Below the pieces are notes generated by a model that did not search any database, was not told where the DNA came from, and saw nothing but the letters and a program-made list of their open reading frames with translations. From assembly GCA_934754375.1 (NCBI GenBank), contig CAKVHT010000002.1, positions 11,257 through 75,256 on the forward strand: a DNA stretch of 64,000 nucleotides. Direction: 5' to 3'. The first letter of the stretch is position 1; each line of letters starts with the position of its first letter. The stretch comes from an uncultured Clostridia bacterium (GTDB lineage: Bacteria; Bacillota; Clostridia; Christensenellales; UBA1242). A program made the translations under genes and the position numbers. Positions 53,886 through 63,705 of the stretch are shown piece by piece.

Positions 53886-55232
53886 TTAAACCAAATCTTT
53901 TTCATAATTGATTTTATAAAGTTGTTTTGTTTCATCAGTAACTTTAAGGCTATCCGCAATTTCAATATCTGCAACAGCCAAAATTTGATTGCCAACCGCC
54001 AACACTGGGATATCATCTCTCATGCGTTGTGGGATTTTTTTATCAATGAAATATTCTTTCAATTTCTTTGTTCCACCCAAACCCAATGGAGAGAAAACAT
54101 CGCCTTCTTGTCTAAAGCGCCATACCGCACCAGCTGGCAACTTGTCTGCATCAATAACGTGTTGATGCAATTTTTGTTCGTTTTTAACCTTGCTTGCTGT
54201 TGTTCGGATTGTTCCGTAACCGTCAATTTTTAATTTTCCGTTTCTAAATGGATATTCACCGATTACAATATCTCTCTTTTTGATATTACCAACAACTATG
54301 TAATCATACTCTTTGCTAACTTTGATTTTGAAAGGCAAGCTGATGATTGCGCCATTGTTTGCTTCCAAAGCAAATTCCCTAACCATATTGATGTGGCGAC
54401 TTTCAATATCTTGTTTTGAAAATCTTGACAAAACTTTTTTTAATATACGATTGACAATGGCCTTATCTTGATAGAAATATGCAAACGGAATTTTTGTAAC
54501 TTCTGCTGTCTCAATGATAGTGCCATAATCAATTTGGCTATTGATATAATCATCATCTTGAGCACAAATCTTGCTGAAATTGATAATGTTTTTGTCAACA
54601 CCTTTAAATCTCTTTCTCAATGCAGGCATAACAATGTTGCGTATATAATTACGGCTAAATTCAGTATCATTGTTTGTTTCATCATCAACATATTCAAGCC
54701 CATTTTCATCAATATAAGACATAATTTCTTCACGAGGAGTTTCAAGCAAAGGTCTAATATAAACACCATCACGAACAGGCTCCATGCCACGTGCTCCAGA
54801 AAGACCTGCACCACGGATAATGTTAAGCAAAACAGTTTCGGCTTGGTCATTCAAATGATGTGCCAAAGCAATTTTGTCAACCAAACCACGTTGCATAACA
54901 GTTTCAAAAACACCATAACGAACTTTGCGTGCAGCTTGTTCAATTGTCAATTTTTCATCTTTTGCAACTTTTAAAGCTTCAACTTTAAATTTGTACGCCC
55001 TAATGTTGTGTTCTTTGCAAAACTTCATTACAAATTCTGTATCAAAAGCACTGCTAGGTCTTATGCCATGGTCAACATTAACGGCAACCACTTCACAATC
55101 CAATTCTGCCTTAACTGAATTTAAATAATGCAACAATGTAATACTGTCACGTCCGCCAGAACATGCTACACCAATAATTTCGCCAGGTTTTATCATATTA
55201 TTTTTTTTAATAAATTCAAGCACATTTTCCAT
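53886..55232 (-). CDS. tilS: tRNA(Ile)-lysidine synthetase
   Basis: PP-loop GVACSGGRDS at the N-terminus. 448 aa. Lies downstream of spoIIE as in Bacillus. SD AAAGGAAA. Confidence 0.92.
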   Translation of the reverse strand: MENVLEFIKKNNMIKPGEIIGVACSGGRDSITLLHYLNSVKAELDCEVVAVNVDHGIRPSSAFDTEFVMKFCKEHNIRAYKFKVEALKVAKDEKLTIEQAARKVRYGVFETVMQRGLVDKIALAHHLNDQAETVLLNIIRGAGLSGARGMEPVRDGVYIRPLLETPREEIMSYIDENGLEYVDDETNNDTEFSRNYIRNIVMPALRKRFKGVDKNIINFSKICAQDDDYINSQIDYGTIIETAEVTKIPFAYFYQDKAIVNRILKKVLSRFSKQDIESRHINMVREFALEANNGAIISLPFKIKVSKEYDYIVVGNIKKRDIVIGEYPFRNGKLKIDGYGTIRTTASKVKNEQKLHQHVIDADKLPAGAVWRFRQEGDVFSPLGLGGTKKLKEYFIDKKIPQRMRDDIPVLAVGNQILAVADIEIADSLKVTDETKQLYKINYEKDLV

Positions 55233-55285
55233 AAAAATATTTCCTTTTTTGCAAAAAATTTGAATAATTTTTTAAAATCTTCTTG

Positions 55286-55314
55286 ATTATACAACAATTT
55301 ACCTTGTTTTGCAA
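55286..55314 (-). promoter_or_regulatory. Sigma-A-type promoter of tilS
   Basis: The minus strand reads TTGCAA (55309-55314), a 17-nt spacer, then TATAAT (55286-55291). Confidence 0.6.
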
Positions 55315-55398
55315 TACTATTTAAAAAAATTTTGTGGATTTGTTGTCAATATTAATTTGTTAAATCGAAAAATATTTTTACTGATAACTAGTCGTTTT

Positions 55399-57690
55399 TT
55401 AACTTTTAAGATATGTCCTAGCAACCAAAACTGTCATGTCGTCTTTTGCTGAATTTTTATTTAGCCTCAAGGCCTCGTTTAAAATTGTCTCTGCCAGGAC
55501 TTGTGGATTGGTGCTAACTAATTTTGAAACAAAATCTTTTAAATTTTCAGCCGTTTCAAAAGCATCTGTTATTCCGTCAGTTGCCAAAATTACAATATCC
55601 TTTGTTGAGATGGTTGTTTTGTATATTGTCGGATTAATATTATCAAGTGCACCTATTGGCAATGCTCCACCTTCAACAAACTCAAGCCCGTCATTGTGTT
55701 TTATCAAACCAAACGGCGCACCAACTTTGATAAAGTCAGCCAATTGATTTTCCAAATCCAAAAGGCACACATCAAGCGTGGAATAGTTTTCTTGATTGTT
55801 TATCGCCAACAACTTATTAACACTTTCAAGGATAATCTCATTATCAAAACCAACTTTATAAAAGTTTTCTATCAAACTCAAAGTCATCGCACTCATTTGA
55901 TGTGCTGAACTGCCTGCGCCCATACCATCGCAAAGTGCCAATAAAAACTTATCTTTTGCCAAACGGATAATACTATGGCAATCCCCAGATTCCGTGTTGC
56001 CCGCTTTGCAACAGTTTGCCAACCCAAAAGCACAATCATATTTGCTTTGCCTTTGCAATGTGACCGCATTAAATCCAGATTCTTCCATTGGCTTTATATT
56101 AGAAATTTGCATAGGCATTTTTAAAACTTCAGTTAAGGTTTTTTGCATCAAATCTAAATCTTTTTCTGTGTTTTTAACAATCAAAAGTGCTTTCATGTCT
56201 TGATTTTTTTCAGTGTAGAGCAACACTTCTTTACATTCAACATTATGGTTTAACAGTTTAGTGATAATTTTATTCTCTCGTGCAATATCAAAACTAACAT
56301 TTGTGTCAATTTCATCGCCAATATCAAGCAATAACTGTGACACAGCTCCCATTTGGTCTGCCAACAAATATTTAACATTGTTTACATCTGCAACCATGCC
56401 TTTATATTGCCTATACTCGTCCGCAAGTCTATTGACAAGCGAAATAAGATTATTGATTTTTCCACATCTGTTTGTCAATCCTGCAGGAATATCAAGCAAA
56501 CTCACTTTGCCTTTTTTCAATGCAACTTCAATAATTGTTTGCAAATTGCTGATGTTGTCCGTTCCGAGTGAACGTGTGCAACGATTTTTATCCAAGCAAT
56601 CTTTGCAACAAGTTGAAACCAATTCACGTGTAAGCATGGCTACCAATTCTGCATGTGTTAAATCTTTTTTTATCATGTTTAAATGAATTTGTTTCATCTC
56701 TAAAAACACATTGCTCAATTCACTCATGCGTTTATGAATGTTTTTGCGTGTAGTGTTGATAAGGTTTCTGCTTGTTAATTCACTCTTTTTAACATAAATT
56801 ATATCTGCCAAACTGTTTAATCCTTTGCTTGGTATTATTAAAAACACAAACACGGCACTGAAAATTGGCAACAAATTATACAAGGTGTTCCAATCCATTC
56901 CAATAAAATACAATTCTATAAATGTTGCTCCCAAAACACTTGCAAATGCAATTTTAAATTTGTTTGGCGCACTAAACATACTGGCGAGCATACTTATAAT
57001 TGCAAATTCAGCAACCGGCAACAAACTGGCTGTAAAAATAGAAACACCTAATCCAAAAGACAAAGTCAACGCAAAAGTTAGCACTGGACTTCCAACGCAG
57101 ACAGAAACAAAGATTGTTAGCATCAAAACAAGTTTGTACAATTCAAAACCATAAACATTAACTGGTGCAACTCCTAACCCCAAAATCGCAATTGCAAACA
57201 AAAAGCAAATAGATTCGTCCAGTGTTAATTTAAAGCAGTTTCGCCTTAAAATCATCACTTGACACACAACAATAAAAACCCATAAGGCAATAAAACCCAG
57301 CACTAAATAAACTGCAAGGTTTACAATATTTGAGAAGTTATAATATATGTAAGTGGCAAGTGAAAGCAAATATACACAAAATATTGTGGCAAGTTTAATT
57401 TTCCTTTTGATTAACCTGTGAATGTAATAATTCACCAAACACACAGCCACAACTGTTATAGACGTCAAAAATGATTGCAAACTGAAATCCACTATCACAC
57501 TTGATGCCAAGCAAAACACTGACATCAGTTTTTCATCTGCACCAACAAAAACTGATGCAAATAAAAATGCAAATAAAAATGGACTGATATCATTAACTGA
57601 CGCATTTGCAAAAACAAGGCAAGCAAAAAATAAAGCAAGATAACCAATAAATTTATTGTAACTGAATTTTTTAACTTCAACATTTTCCAT
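55399..57690 (-). CDS. spoIIE: Stage II sporulation protein E (polytopic membrane PP2C phosphatase)
   Basis: 763 aa. About 10 N-terminal TM segments and a C-terminal PPM/PP2C domain (GDCHSII..LCDGMGAGSSA..TLDVCLLDL..ILATDGITDAF). Confidence 0.85.
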   Translation of the reverse strand: MENVEVKKFSYNKFIGYLALFFACLVFANASVNDISPFLFAFLFASVFVGADEKLMSVFCLASSVIVDFSLQSFLTSITVVAVCLVNYYIHRLIKRKIKLATIFCVYLLSLATYIYYNFSNIVNLAVYLVLGFIALWVFIVVCQVMILRRNCFKLTLDESICFLFAIAILGLGVAPVNVYGFELYKLVLMLTIFVSVCVGSPVLTFALTLSFGLGVSIFTASLLPVAEFAIISMLASMFSAPNKFKIAFASVLGATFIELYFIGMDWNTLYNLLPIFSAVFVFLIIPSKGLNSLADIIYVKKSELTSRNLINTTRKNIHKRMSELSNVFLEMKQIHLNMIKKDLTHAELVAMLTRELVSTCCKDCLDKNRCTRSLGTDNISNLQTIIEVALKKGKVSLLDIPAGLTNRCGKINNLISLVNRLADEYRQYKGMVADVNNVKYLLADQMGAVSQLLLDIGDEIDTNVSFDIARENKIITKLLNHNVECKEVLLYTEKNQDMKALLIVKNTEKDLDLMQKTLTEVLKMPMQISNIKPMEESGFNAVTLQRQSKYDCAFGLANCCKAGNTESGDCHSIIRLAKDKFLLALCDGMGAGSSAHQMSAMTLSLIENFYKVGFDNEIILESVNKLLAINNQENYSTLDVCLLDLENQLADFIKVGAPFGLIKHNDGLEFVEGGALPIGALDNINPTIYKTTISTKDIVILATDGITDAFETAENLKDFVSKLVSTNPQVLAETILNEALRLNKNSAKDDMTVLVARTYLKS

Positions 57691-57912
57691 GCTTTGATCA
57701 TATCAAAATCAAAAATTAAACGAATTGAAAAATTATTGCTAAAAACAACTTATTTTGTTTTGTTTGCTCTAAATTTGGGTAATTTTAAAAAATACGATTT
57801 TTTTAAGCAATAAAAATACAAAATCCCAATTATTATTCTATTATCATTAGAGTTTGCTTCTTTTCGATAGTTTTAAAGTAACTAACTTTAGAATTTATTT
57901 TTTAAATTCGTT

Positions 57913-57940
57913 TTGAAAAATTTGTCGTTTTTACTATAAT
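57913..57940 (+). promoter_or_regulatory. Candidate sigma-A promoter of the GT2-acyltransferase operon
   Basis: TTGAAA (57913-57918), a 16-nt spacer, then TATAAT (57935-57940). This lies about 130 nt upstream of the ATG at 58073. Confidence 0.4.
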
Positions 57941-58072
57941 GTTTTTACAAAAAGGTTAAATTTGATAACAAATTTTTAAAATAGTCAACTATTTTATATC
58001 TTAAAAACAAACCTTTTTAAAATTCCACAAACGATAATTGCCAATTGCTAATTGGTTAAACAAGGACGGATT

Positions 58073-59341
58073 ATGAATTTTTTACAAATTATTATGGTAA
58101 CCTATCTTGCTGTATCAATTTTAATTTTGCTGTTGTATATACCAAAAATTATATGCTGGATATACGGGTTTAAAACACAACAAAAGTTGACCAACCCAAA
58201 ACAAAATAAAATCGCTTTGGTTATACCTGCAAAAAACGAAAGCGAATGTATTGGCATGCTGTTAGATTCGATCAACAAACAAACCTACGATCGAAACAAC
58301 TATGATATTTATATTGTAGTGGATCGAGAAGATGACCCCACCTTGCAAATTGCAAAAGAAAAACTTGGCGATTATGAATACATTGTTGAGCCAAATCAAA
58401 AATGTAAAGCTGATGCATTAGATAGTTTGTTTAAACACATGTTAGCCACAAAAGGCAATGCTTATGATGCTTATATCATTTTAGATGCAGATAGTTATCT
58501 TGATAAACATTTTGTTGAAGAAATGAACAACGCATTGGTAACAGATGCTGATGTTGTTATTGGCAAAAAGTTAATTAAAAACTGGGAAACAGGCAACAAA
58601 AAGCATCGCACTCTGTACGCAAATTTAAGTGCTTTGACTTACACTGGCGTAGACACAATGGGCAATAAGTATAAATCAGACCATGGTCAAGCCCTTGCCA
58701 TGTGCGGACAGGGTATGCTTTTAAGCAAAAGATTTTTAGAAAAATTTCAAGGATTTCCTTTTAAATCTTTGTGCGAAGATGTTGAGGTTGGCATTCATGC
58801 CATATTGAACGATTTTAAAGAAGTGTATTACGAACATGCTTTAAGTTATTCAGAAGAACCTATATCTCACAAAGAATATAACAAACGCCGATATCGTTGG
58901 CTTAAAGGATATTTTGCAAACAATCAAAAGTATCGCAAAATGTTGGTTAATAAAACATTCAAACAAGGAAAAATTGTTCACGCAAATTTAAGATATTTAT
59001 ATGAACTTACACCTGTTATAATGTTTATTGCAGTAACAGCCATAACATTCTTGGCTTTTATTATTAGTGGCATAGTTTTGGCATGCAGACATTCAAATTT
59101 AACGGCAAGTGCATTTATTTATGCTCTCATAATGGTATGCTTGATTTACCTTATCCTTGCAATTTTCAATTTAATCACTATTGTTGCAGACCACAAAACC
59201 AACAAAATGACTTTTGGTGAAAAACTTGCAGTTATTTTTGTTGGACCATTTGTAACTTTTGAATATGTGAATATTTTCTTAAAAACTATAAACAAAAAAT
59301 ACAAAGTCAATTGGGATCATGTTGAAAGGATAAAGATGTAA
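58073..59341 (+). CDS. Membrane-embedded family 2 glycosyltransferase (processive-type architecture)
   Basis: ATG at 58073 after AAGGACGG. N-terminal TM, ALVIPAKNE, ILDADS (DxD), RRYRWLKG (QxxRW-like), and C-terminal TM helices. Confidence 0.8.
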   Translation: MNFLQIIMVTYLAVSILILLLYIPKIICWIYGFKTQQKLTNPKQNKIALVIPAKNESECIGMLLDSINKQTYDRNNYDIYIVVDREDDPTLQIAKEKLGDYEYIVEPNQKCKADALDSLFKHMLATKGNAYDAYIILDADSYLDKHFVEEMNNALVTDADVVIGKKLIKNWETGNKKHRTLYANLSALTYTGVDTMGNKYKSDHGQALAMCGQGMLLSKRFLEKFQGFPFKSLCEDVEVGIHAILNDFKEVYYEHALSYSEEPISHKEYNKRRYRWLKGYFANNQKYRKMLVNKTFKQGKIVHANLRYLYELTPVIMFIAVTAITFLAFIISGIVLACRHSNLTASAFIYALIMVCLIYLILAIFNLITIVADHKTNKMTFGEKLAVIFVGPFVTFEYVNIFLKTINKKYKVNWDHVERIKM

Positions 59342-60162
59342 TGAAAAAAGCAGAACTCCTTAAAACAATCGAACAACATGAACGTGCTGGCGATTTTAAC
59401 AGCCATGTTCAACCACCAAACACCCACATTAAAAAAATTACACCCAAATATGACTATCTTAGAAAAGGATTTTTCAATCAATTTGGCACAATTTTAACTT
59501 TGCCTATCTTTAATTTCGCAGGTTTGTTGGTTGGTGCGCATTTCAAGCTTAAAATCAAAGGTAAAGAAAACCTTAAACTTGTCAAAGGAAAAGGTGCGAT
59601 TGTAACAACCAATCATATTCATAATTTTGATAGTGCTTTGATGAAACATGCGCTTTCAGGTAGACGATTATATATCACTGTTGGCGAATTTAATAATTAC
59701 CATGGCTTGTTCGGCTCTATGTTACGAGCTGCCGGCACTCTTCCATTTAGTGACAGTCCAAAATGTATGGGTAATTTGACAAAATCCATGGAAACACTGC
59801 TAAACAAAAACAAACTTATCCTGTTCTACCCTGAAGGTGCTTTGTGGTGGTGTTACGAAAAGCCTCGCAGATTAATGTCTGGGGCTTACCACTACGCAAG
59901 CAAATTCAACGTGCCAATTTTGCCCACATTCTTCACTTTTAAGAATTTGAAAAAACGCAAGAACGGAACATATAAAAAGCAATTTATCCTTCATATTGGC
60001 AAACCTATCTATCCTAAACAAGAACTCAATTTAAAAGAAAATATGGCTTACCTTTTAAATGAAAATTTTGAATTTAATAAACAGACTTATGAAAATTTTT
60101 ACAACAGAAAGTTGGAATACCTTTGTGAGACTGAATCTTCAACCGAAACTGAACAAAGATAG
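59341..60162 (+). CDS. Lysophospholipid (PlsC-like) acyltransferase
   Basis: HX4D motif NHIHNFD, YPEGA motif, and an N-terminal hydrophobic segment. The ATG overlaps the TAA of the GT2 gene by 1 nt. Confidence 0.78.
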   Translation: MKKAELLKTIEQHERAGDFNSHVQPPNTHIKKITPKYDYLRKGFFNQFGTILTLPIFNFAGLLVGAHFKLKIKGKENLKLVKGKGAIVTTNHIHNFDSALMKHALSGRRLYITVGEFNNYHGLFGSMLRAAGTLPFSDSPKCMGNLTKSMETLLNKNKLILFYPEGALWWCYEKPRRLMSGAYHYASKFNVPILPTFFTFKNLKKRKNGTYKKQFILHIGKPIYPKQELNLKENMAYLLNENFEFNKQTYENFYNRKLEYLCETESSTETEQR

Positions 60163-60163
60163 C

Positions 60164-60192
60164 AAAAAGCAGACTTAAATGTCTGCTTTTTT
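60164..60192. terminator. Bidirectional terminator between the acyltransferase and thioesterase genes
   Basis: AAAAAGCAGAC-TTAAAT-GTCTGCTTTTTT. Confidence 0.75.
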
Positions 60193-60212
60193 CATTGCTT
60201 TAGATTTTTAAA

Positions 60213-60944
60213 TTATTTTGCACAAGCAGTAAATTTAAGTTCTTCATCCACATAGCCAGATACAAGCATTTCATCTTCAACTTTTTCAACATAAAGTTTT
60301 ATTTTATCACCCAACTTGCATTCTGAAATGTAGTTTAATTGAAGATGAGATAAATCATCAGTTTTCAATGCGTTAAACACATAAGTTGCATAATGGACAT
60401 TGTTTAAATGTTTGTTGTGGTCAATTTCATTAAACTCAACTACATGCTCGTAATCAGCATCTTGTTTTTGCTGTATGCTTGGGGTTTTTGCAAATTTTTC
60501 TTGATAATTAATTTCAGTTTCATACTCCAAATCTTTTGGGTATTCAACCGCAGTTGGCAAAACAAATTTGCGTGTTTCAGTCGATATAACACACCATTTG
60601 CTTGTGCCTTTTATCAAAACATTGCCAGACATATCTGTTATTAAATAATCACGGTCAAAATCAACTCTGCCTTTTATGTGAGGCCAAGTTTTAAGCACTA
60701 CTTGTTGGTATGGTTTTGGTTGAACAATTACATCATATTTTGTACGAATCAAAACCCAATACAAACCTTTGCTTAACATTTTTTCAAATCCAACACCTAT
60801 CAACTCGCCATGAATGCTGGCAATATCTTGAAACAACCCCATGATTGCAGTTGGTGAAAGGCGGTCATTCAAATCAAATTGACTTGGAAGCAGTTTGACA
60901 ATTTCGCTATAACTTAATTTTTTATTTTTGTTTTCTTCTATCAT
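60213..60944 (-). CDS. Acyl-ACP thioesterase
   Basis: 243 aa double hot-dog pattern: GLFQDIASIHGE, LYWVLIRTKYDV, WPH..GRVDFDRDYLI, and a second half HVVEFNEIDHNKHLNNVHY. Confidence 0.82.
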   Translation of the reverse strand: MIEENKNKKLSYSEIVKLLPSQFDLNDRLSPTAIMGLFQDIASIHGELIGVGFEKMLSKGLYWVLIRTKYDVIVQPKPYQQVVLKTWPHIKGRVDFDRDYLITDMSGNVLIKGTSKWCVISTETRKFVLPTAVEYPKDLEYETEINYQEKFAKTPSIQQKQDADYEHVVEFNEIDHNKHLNNVHYATYVFNALKTDDLSHLQLNYISECKLGDKIKLYVEKVEDEMLVSGYVDEELKFTACAK

Positions 60945-60950
60945 ACTTTT

Positions 60951-60979
60951 ATGATATAAATTGTGATTGTTTTAGTCAA
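60951..60979 (-). promoter_or_regulatory. Sigma-A promoter abutting the thioesterase ATG (leaderless configuration)
   Basis: The minus strand reads TTGACT (60974-60979), a 17-nt spacer, TATCAT (60951-60956), 6 nt, then ATG (60944). No SD. Confidence 0.5.
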
Positions 60980-61122
60980 ATTAAATTGTTTAAATTATCA
61001 TTATATTTAAGTTTACGTCTTGCAAAAAGTTAATAAACAAAACTTATAACAAATATAAATTTCTTGTGTTTTACATTGTCAATAACGTGATTTATAATTG
61101 TTCTATCAAAAAGGAGAAATTT

Positions 61123-61650
61123 ATGAAAAGTTTGCAAAAATCAGAAAACAATCATTTTAGGGTTATTCAAGATTGCCTTTACAACCAAAGACTGCAGGTG
61201 TTGGTTGATGGAGAATGGAAAACTATTAACTTTGCCATTGACCAAGATGATGCTGTAGATTTTTATCCATCAGGTGCATTGCTAGAAAATCGTCACAACA
61301 ATTCAATTCACATTATGTTCGTGAAAAATAATGGCGAAATTTTGTTTGAAGAAAATCATGTTGATTTAGACGATATCGGTGCTGTTATAAACGATGTCAA
61401 TGCAACAGTTTATGAGTCTGGTGTTTTGGTTGATTTGTATTACCATGGAGACACTCATCATTTTTATTACAACACTTATGTTGGCTCATATTTTCACGAA
61501 AGAAATTATGGCGAACTTATTAAAAAGGTGAACATGTATGAGCAAGCGATTGCTCCGAAATATATGTATAAAAACAATTTGCCTCACAACAAATGCGCTC
61601 AACATCTTTTCAACTGTTTAAATGATGATAATCAAAATTTACAAATTTAG
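61123..61650 (+). CDS. Hypothetical protein (175 aa)
   Basis: ATG at 61123 preceded by AAGGAGA. The track start at 61066 was rejected. No recognisable motif. Confidence 0.6.
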   Translation: MKSLQKSENNHFRVIQDCLYNQRLQVLVDGEWKTINFAIDQDDAVDFYPSGALLENRHNNSIHIMFVKNNGEILFEENHVDLDDIGAVINDVNATVYESGVLVDLYYHGDTHHFYYNTYVGSYFHERNYGELIKKVNMYEQAIAPKYMYKNNLPHNKCAQHLFNCLNDDNQNLQI

Positions 61651-61766
61651 TCCAATTATAACAACATATAATTTTATTATGTTTCTGGCAAAAAATGTGA
61701 TTTGTCTTCATCAAAATAAACCAATTGCTTCTCTAATCAGATAAATTAGGTTTGTTGTATTAACAA

Positions 61767-61804
61767 TAAAAAATATTGGATATCAAAAGTCCAATATTTT
61801 TTTA
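61767..61804. terminator. Bidirectional terminator between the hypothetical gene and the LysR gene
   Basis: AATATTGGA (61772-61780) pairs with TCCAATATT (61790-61798) around a 9-nt loop, flanked by an A-run and a T-run. Confidence 0.75.
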
Positions 61805-61822
61805 TCTAAAGATTATAAAATA

Positions 61823-62710
61823 TTATTGCTTGTCGCTATTGATAATTTCAACCAATTTTATCAAAGCGGGATTTGCTTGATCAACATTTGTCAAACAAAC
61901 TATTTCACGGGCACAAATTGAAAAGTTTGGAAAAATAACAAAAACTTCTCCACTTTCAACTGCTTGTTTATAATATTCTTTGTTCACAAAAGCCATGCCA
62001 AAGCCTTTTTTCACAAACTCATAAAGCAATATGTAGTTATCCAATTCATACTTTGGCAAAAGTTGTATATTGTGTTTTGCAAAAAAATTTTCAATTGTGA
62101 TGCGTGAATTATTATTCACACTTGGCAACATCAAATCGTCAACTGGAAATGAAGATAAATCAATGTCATCACCAGCAAATTTTTGCTTATATTGCAGATT
62201 GCCAATCAATTGATAGTTTACATTGAATTGTTTGATTAAATTGAATTGGTCAATTTTTTCAGTTTTATCAATAAATATCATATCCAAATTATTATCTTTC
62301 AATTGTTCAATCAGTTGTTCCTTACTGCCACGGTGCATAACAATTTGAATATTTGGATATTTGCTTGCAAATTCAGCCAAATAATTTAACACCACTTGAT
62401 TAACATTTGATGTGCAAGCACCAATACGGACAATGCCTTCTTCCAGTTTACCAAACCTTTTTGCCAAAATTTCAGCTTGTTCAAATTTATCAACACTATC
62501 TTTTATTGTTTGATATAACATTTTGCCAAAGGTGGTAAGTTCAACCCCTTTGCTTTTTCTAATAAACAATTGTTGACCTAATTCTTGCTCCAATTCCCTG
62601 ATTGAAAAAGAAACAGCTGGTTGTGAAACATATAGTTTTTCACTTGCTTTTGAGATGTTTTTTTCTTCTGCAACAGTGCAAAAGAATTTGTAAAGATTAT
62701 AGTTTGTCAT
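61823..62710 (-). CDS. LysR-family transcriptional regulator
   Basis: N-terminal wHTH FFCTVAEEKNISKASEKLYVSQPAVSFSIRELEQELGQQLF plus a substrate-binding-type C-terminal domain. 295 aa. Confidence 0.9.
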   Translation of the reverse strand: MTNYNLYKFFCTVAEEKNISKASEKLYVSQPAVSFSIRELEQELGQQLFIRKSKGVELTTFGKMLYQTIKDSVDKFEQAEILAKRFGKLEEGIVRIGACTSNVNQVVLNYLAEFASKYPNIQIVMHRGSKEQLIEQLKDNNLDMIFIDKTEKIDQFNLIKQFNVNYQLIGNLQYKQKFAGDDIDLSSFPVDDLMLPSVNNNSRITIENFFAKHNIQLLPKYELDNYILLYEFVKKGFGMAFVNKEYYKQAVESGEVFVIFPNFSICAREIVCLTNVDQANPALIKLVEIINSDKQ

Positions 62711-62804
62711 AATTTAATTTTATTATCTCCATTATTTGATATTAACACTGATTATACCACTATTTGTCCAAAAATCAATAGTTTTTGAAAGAAATATATA
62801 AAAA

Positions 62805-63296
62805 TTAATCAATCAAACAACTTACATGGCATACATGAACATTTGGCAACATTTTAATGGTGGCACGCATAACACCATGGTCATCTTCAAACATAAAAAT
62901 CTCACTTTTGCTGTCTATAAAAGATTTAATACGGTTAGGTTTTAGGTTATCTTTGGTTTTTGGTGTATATGATTCATTATTCAAAACAATAATGTTTATA
63001 TCTTCTGGTTTTATAAAGCTTGCATGTTGTTTTAGCCAACTGATTTTGTCTGCCCGTTGTTCATCAAAATAGCAATTTGACAAAATCTTTACAGTTACGT
63101 TTTTTGTTTTTGATAATTTTTTCATCTTTTTCAAAATAGAATACAATGGACGTTTGTTGATGAAAAAATCTGGTTCATTTGCTAAAAGTTTTGGCCTTTC
63201 ATTTACGCCATATTCCACACACGTTCCGTCCATATCAAAAAAGCAAATCACCTTTTTATCTTTTGCCAAATTCATTATATCTTTTATAACGTTCAT
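62805..63296 (-). CDS. HAD-superfamily phosphatase (5'-nucleotidase-like)
   Basis: DxDxT motif FFDMDGTCVEY. ATG at 63296 after AGGGG. The track TTG start at 63311 was rejected. Confidence 0.65.
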   Translation of the reverse strand: MNVIKDIMNLAKDKKVICFFDMDGTCVEYGVNERPKLLANEPDFFINKRPLYSILKKMKKLSKTKNVTVKILSNCYFDEQRADKISWLKQHASFIKPEDINIIVLNNESYTPKTKDNLKPNRIKSFIDSKSEIFMFEDDHGVMRATIKMLPNVHVCHVSCLID

Positions 63297-63515
63297 ATTT
63301 ACCCCTAACAAATTCTAATATTATAATAGCACATGGGGGCAGGTTTTCAAACCAAAATTGAAATTATTAAATCAGAAAACAATTTTAACAGACTTGTTTT
63401 GTTGTTTATATAATCACATTTTATTTCAGTGATTTTACTTCTGCAAAATTTAAGTGAACTAAAAACATAAAAAAATGAACCACAACATCAAACGTTGCAA
63501 TTCACTTTTAAATTT

Positions 63516-63604
63516 TGGCGCAGAGAATGGGATTTGAACCCATGGATGCTGTTCACATCACACGATTTCCAATCGTGCTCGTTCGACCACTCCGACACCT
63601 CTGC
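63516..63604 (-). tRNA. tRNA-Ser (anticodon GGA), CCA encoded
   Basis: The minus strand reads GCAGAGG..CACGA-TTGGAAA-TCGTG..(long variable arm GATG..CATC)..ATGGG-TTCAAAT-CCCAT-TCTCTGC-G-CCA. Cloverleaf folded by hand. Class II tRNA. Confidence 0.88.
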
Positions 63605-63705
63605 TTATAAAGTCGCTTTATTGCAAAGCAACTTAAATTATTAATAGGTAAATTTGTTTTTAAACAAATCAATCTCATTATATTAATTTTTAAAATTTTG
63701 TCAAG

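Noticed and set aside
55330-55339. DnaA-box-like TGTGGATTT upstream of tilS
   Set aside because: It matches only 7/9 of the consensus, is a single copy, and lies outside the promoter core.
57718-58035. Six isolated CG-containing [AT]CG[AT][AT] sites in the spoIIE/GT2 divergent spacer, considered as Spo0A boxes (TGTCGAA)
   Set aside because: The best matches are only 5/7 (TTTCGAT at 57862, TGTCGTT at 57923). Orientation and spacing show no pattern. This is insufficient without a clade-specific matrix.
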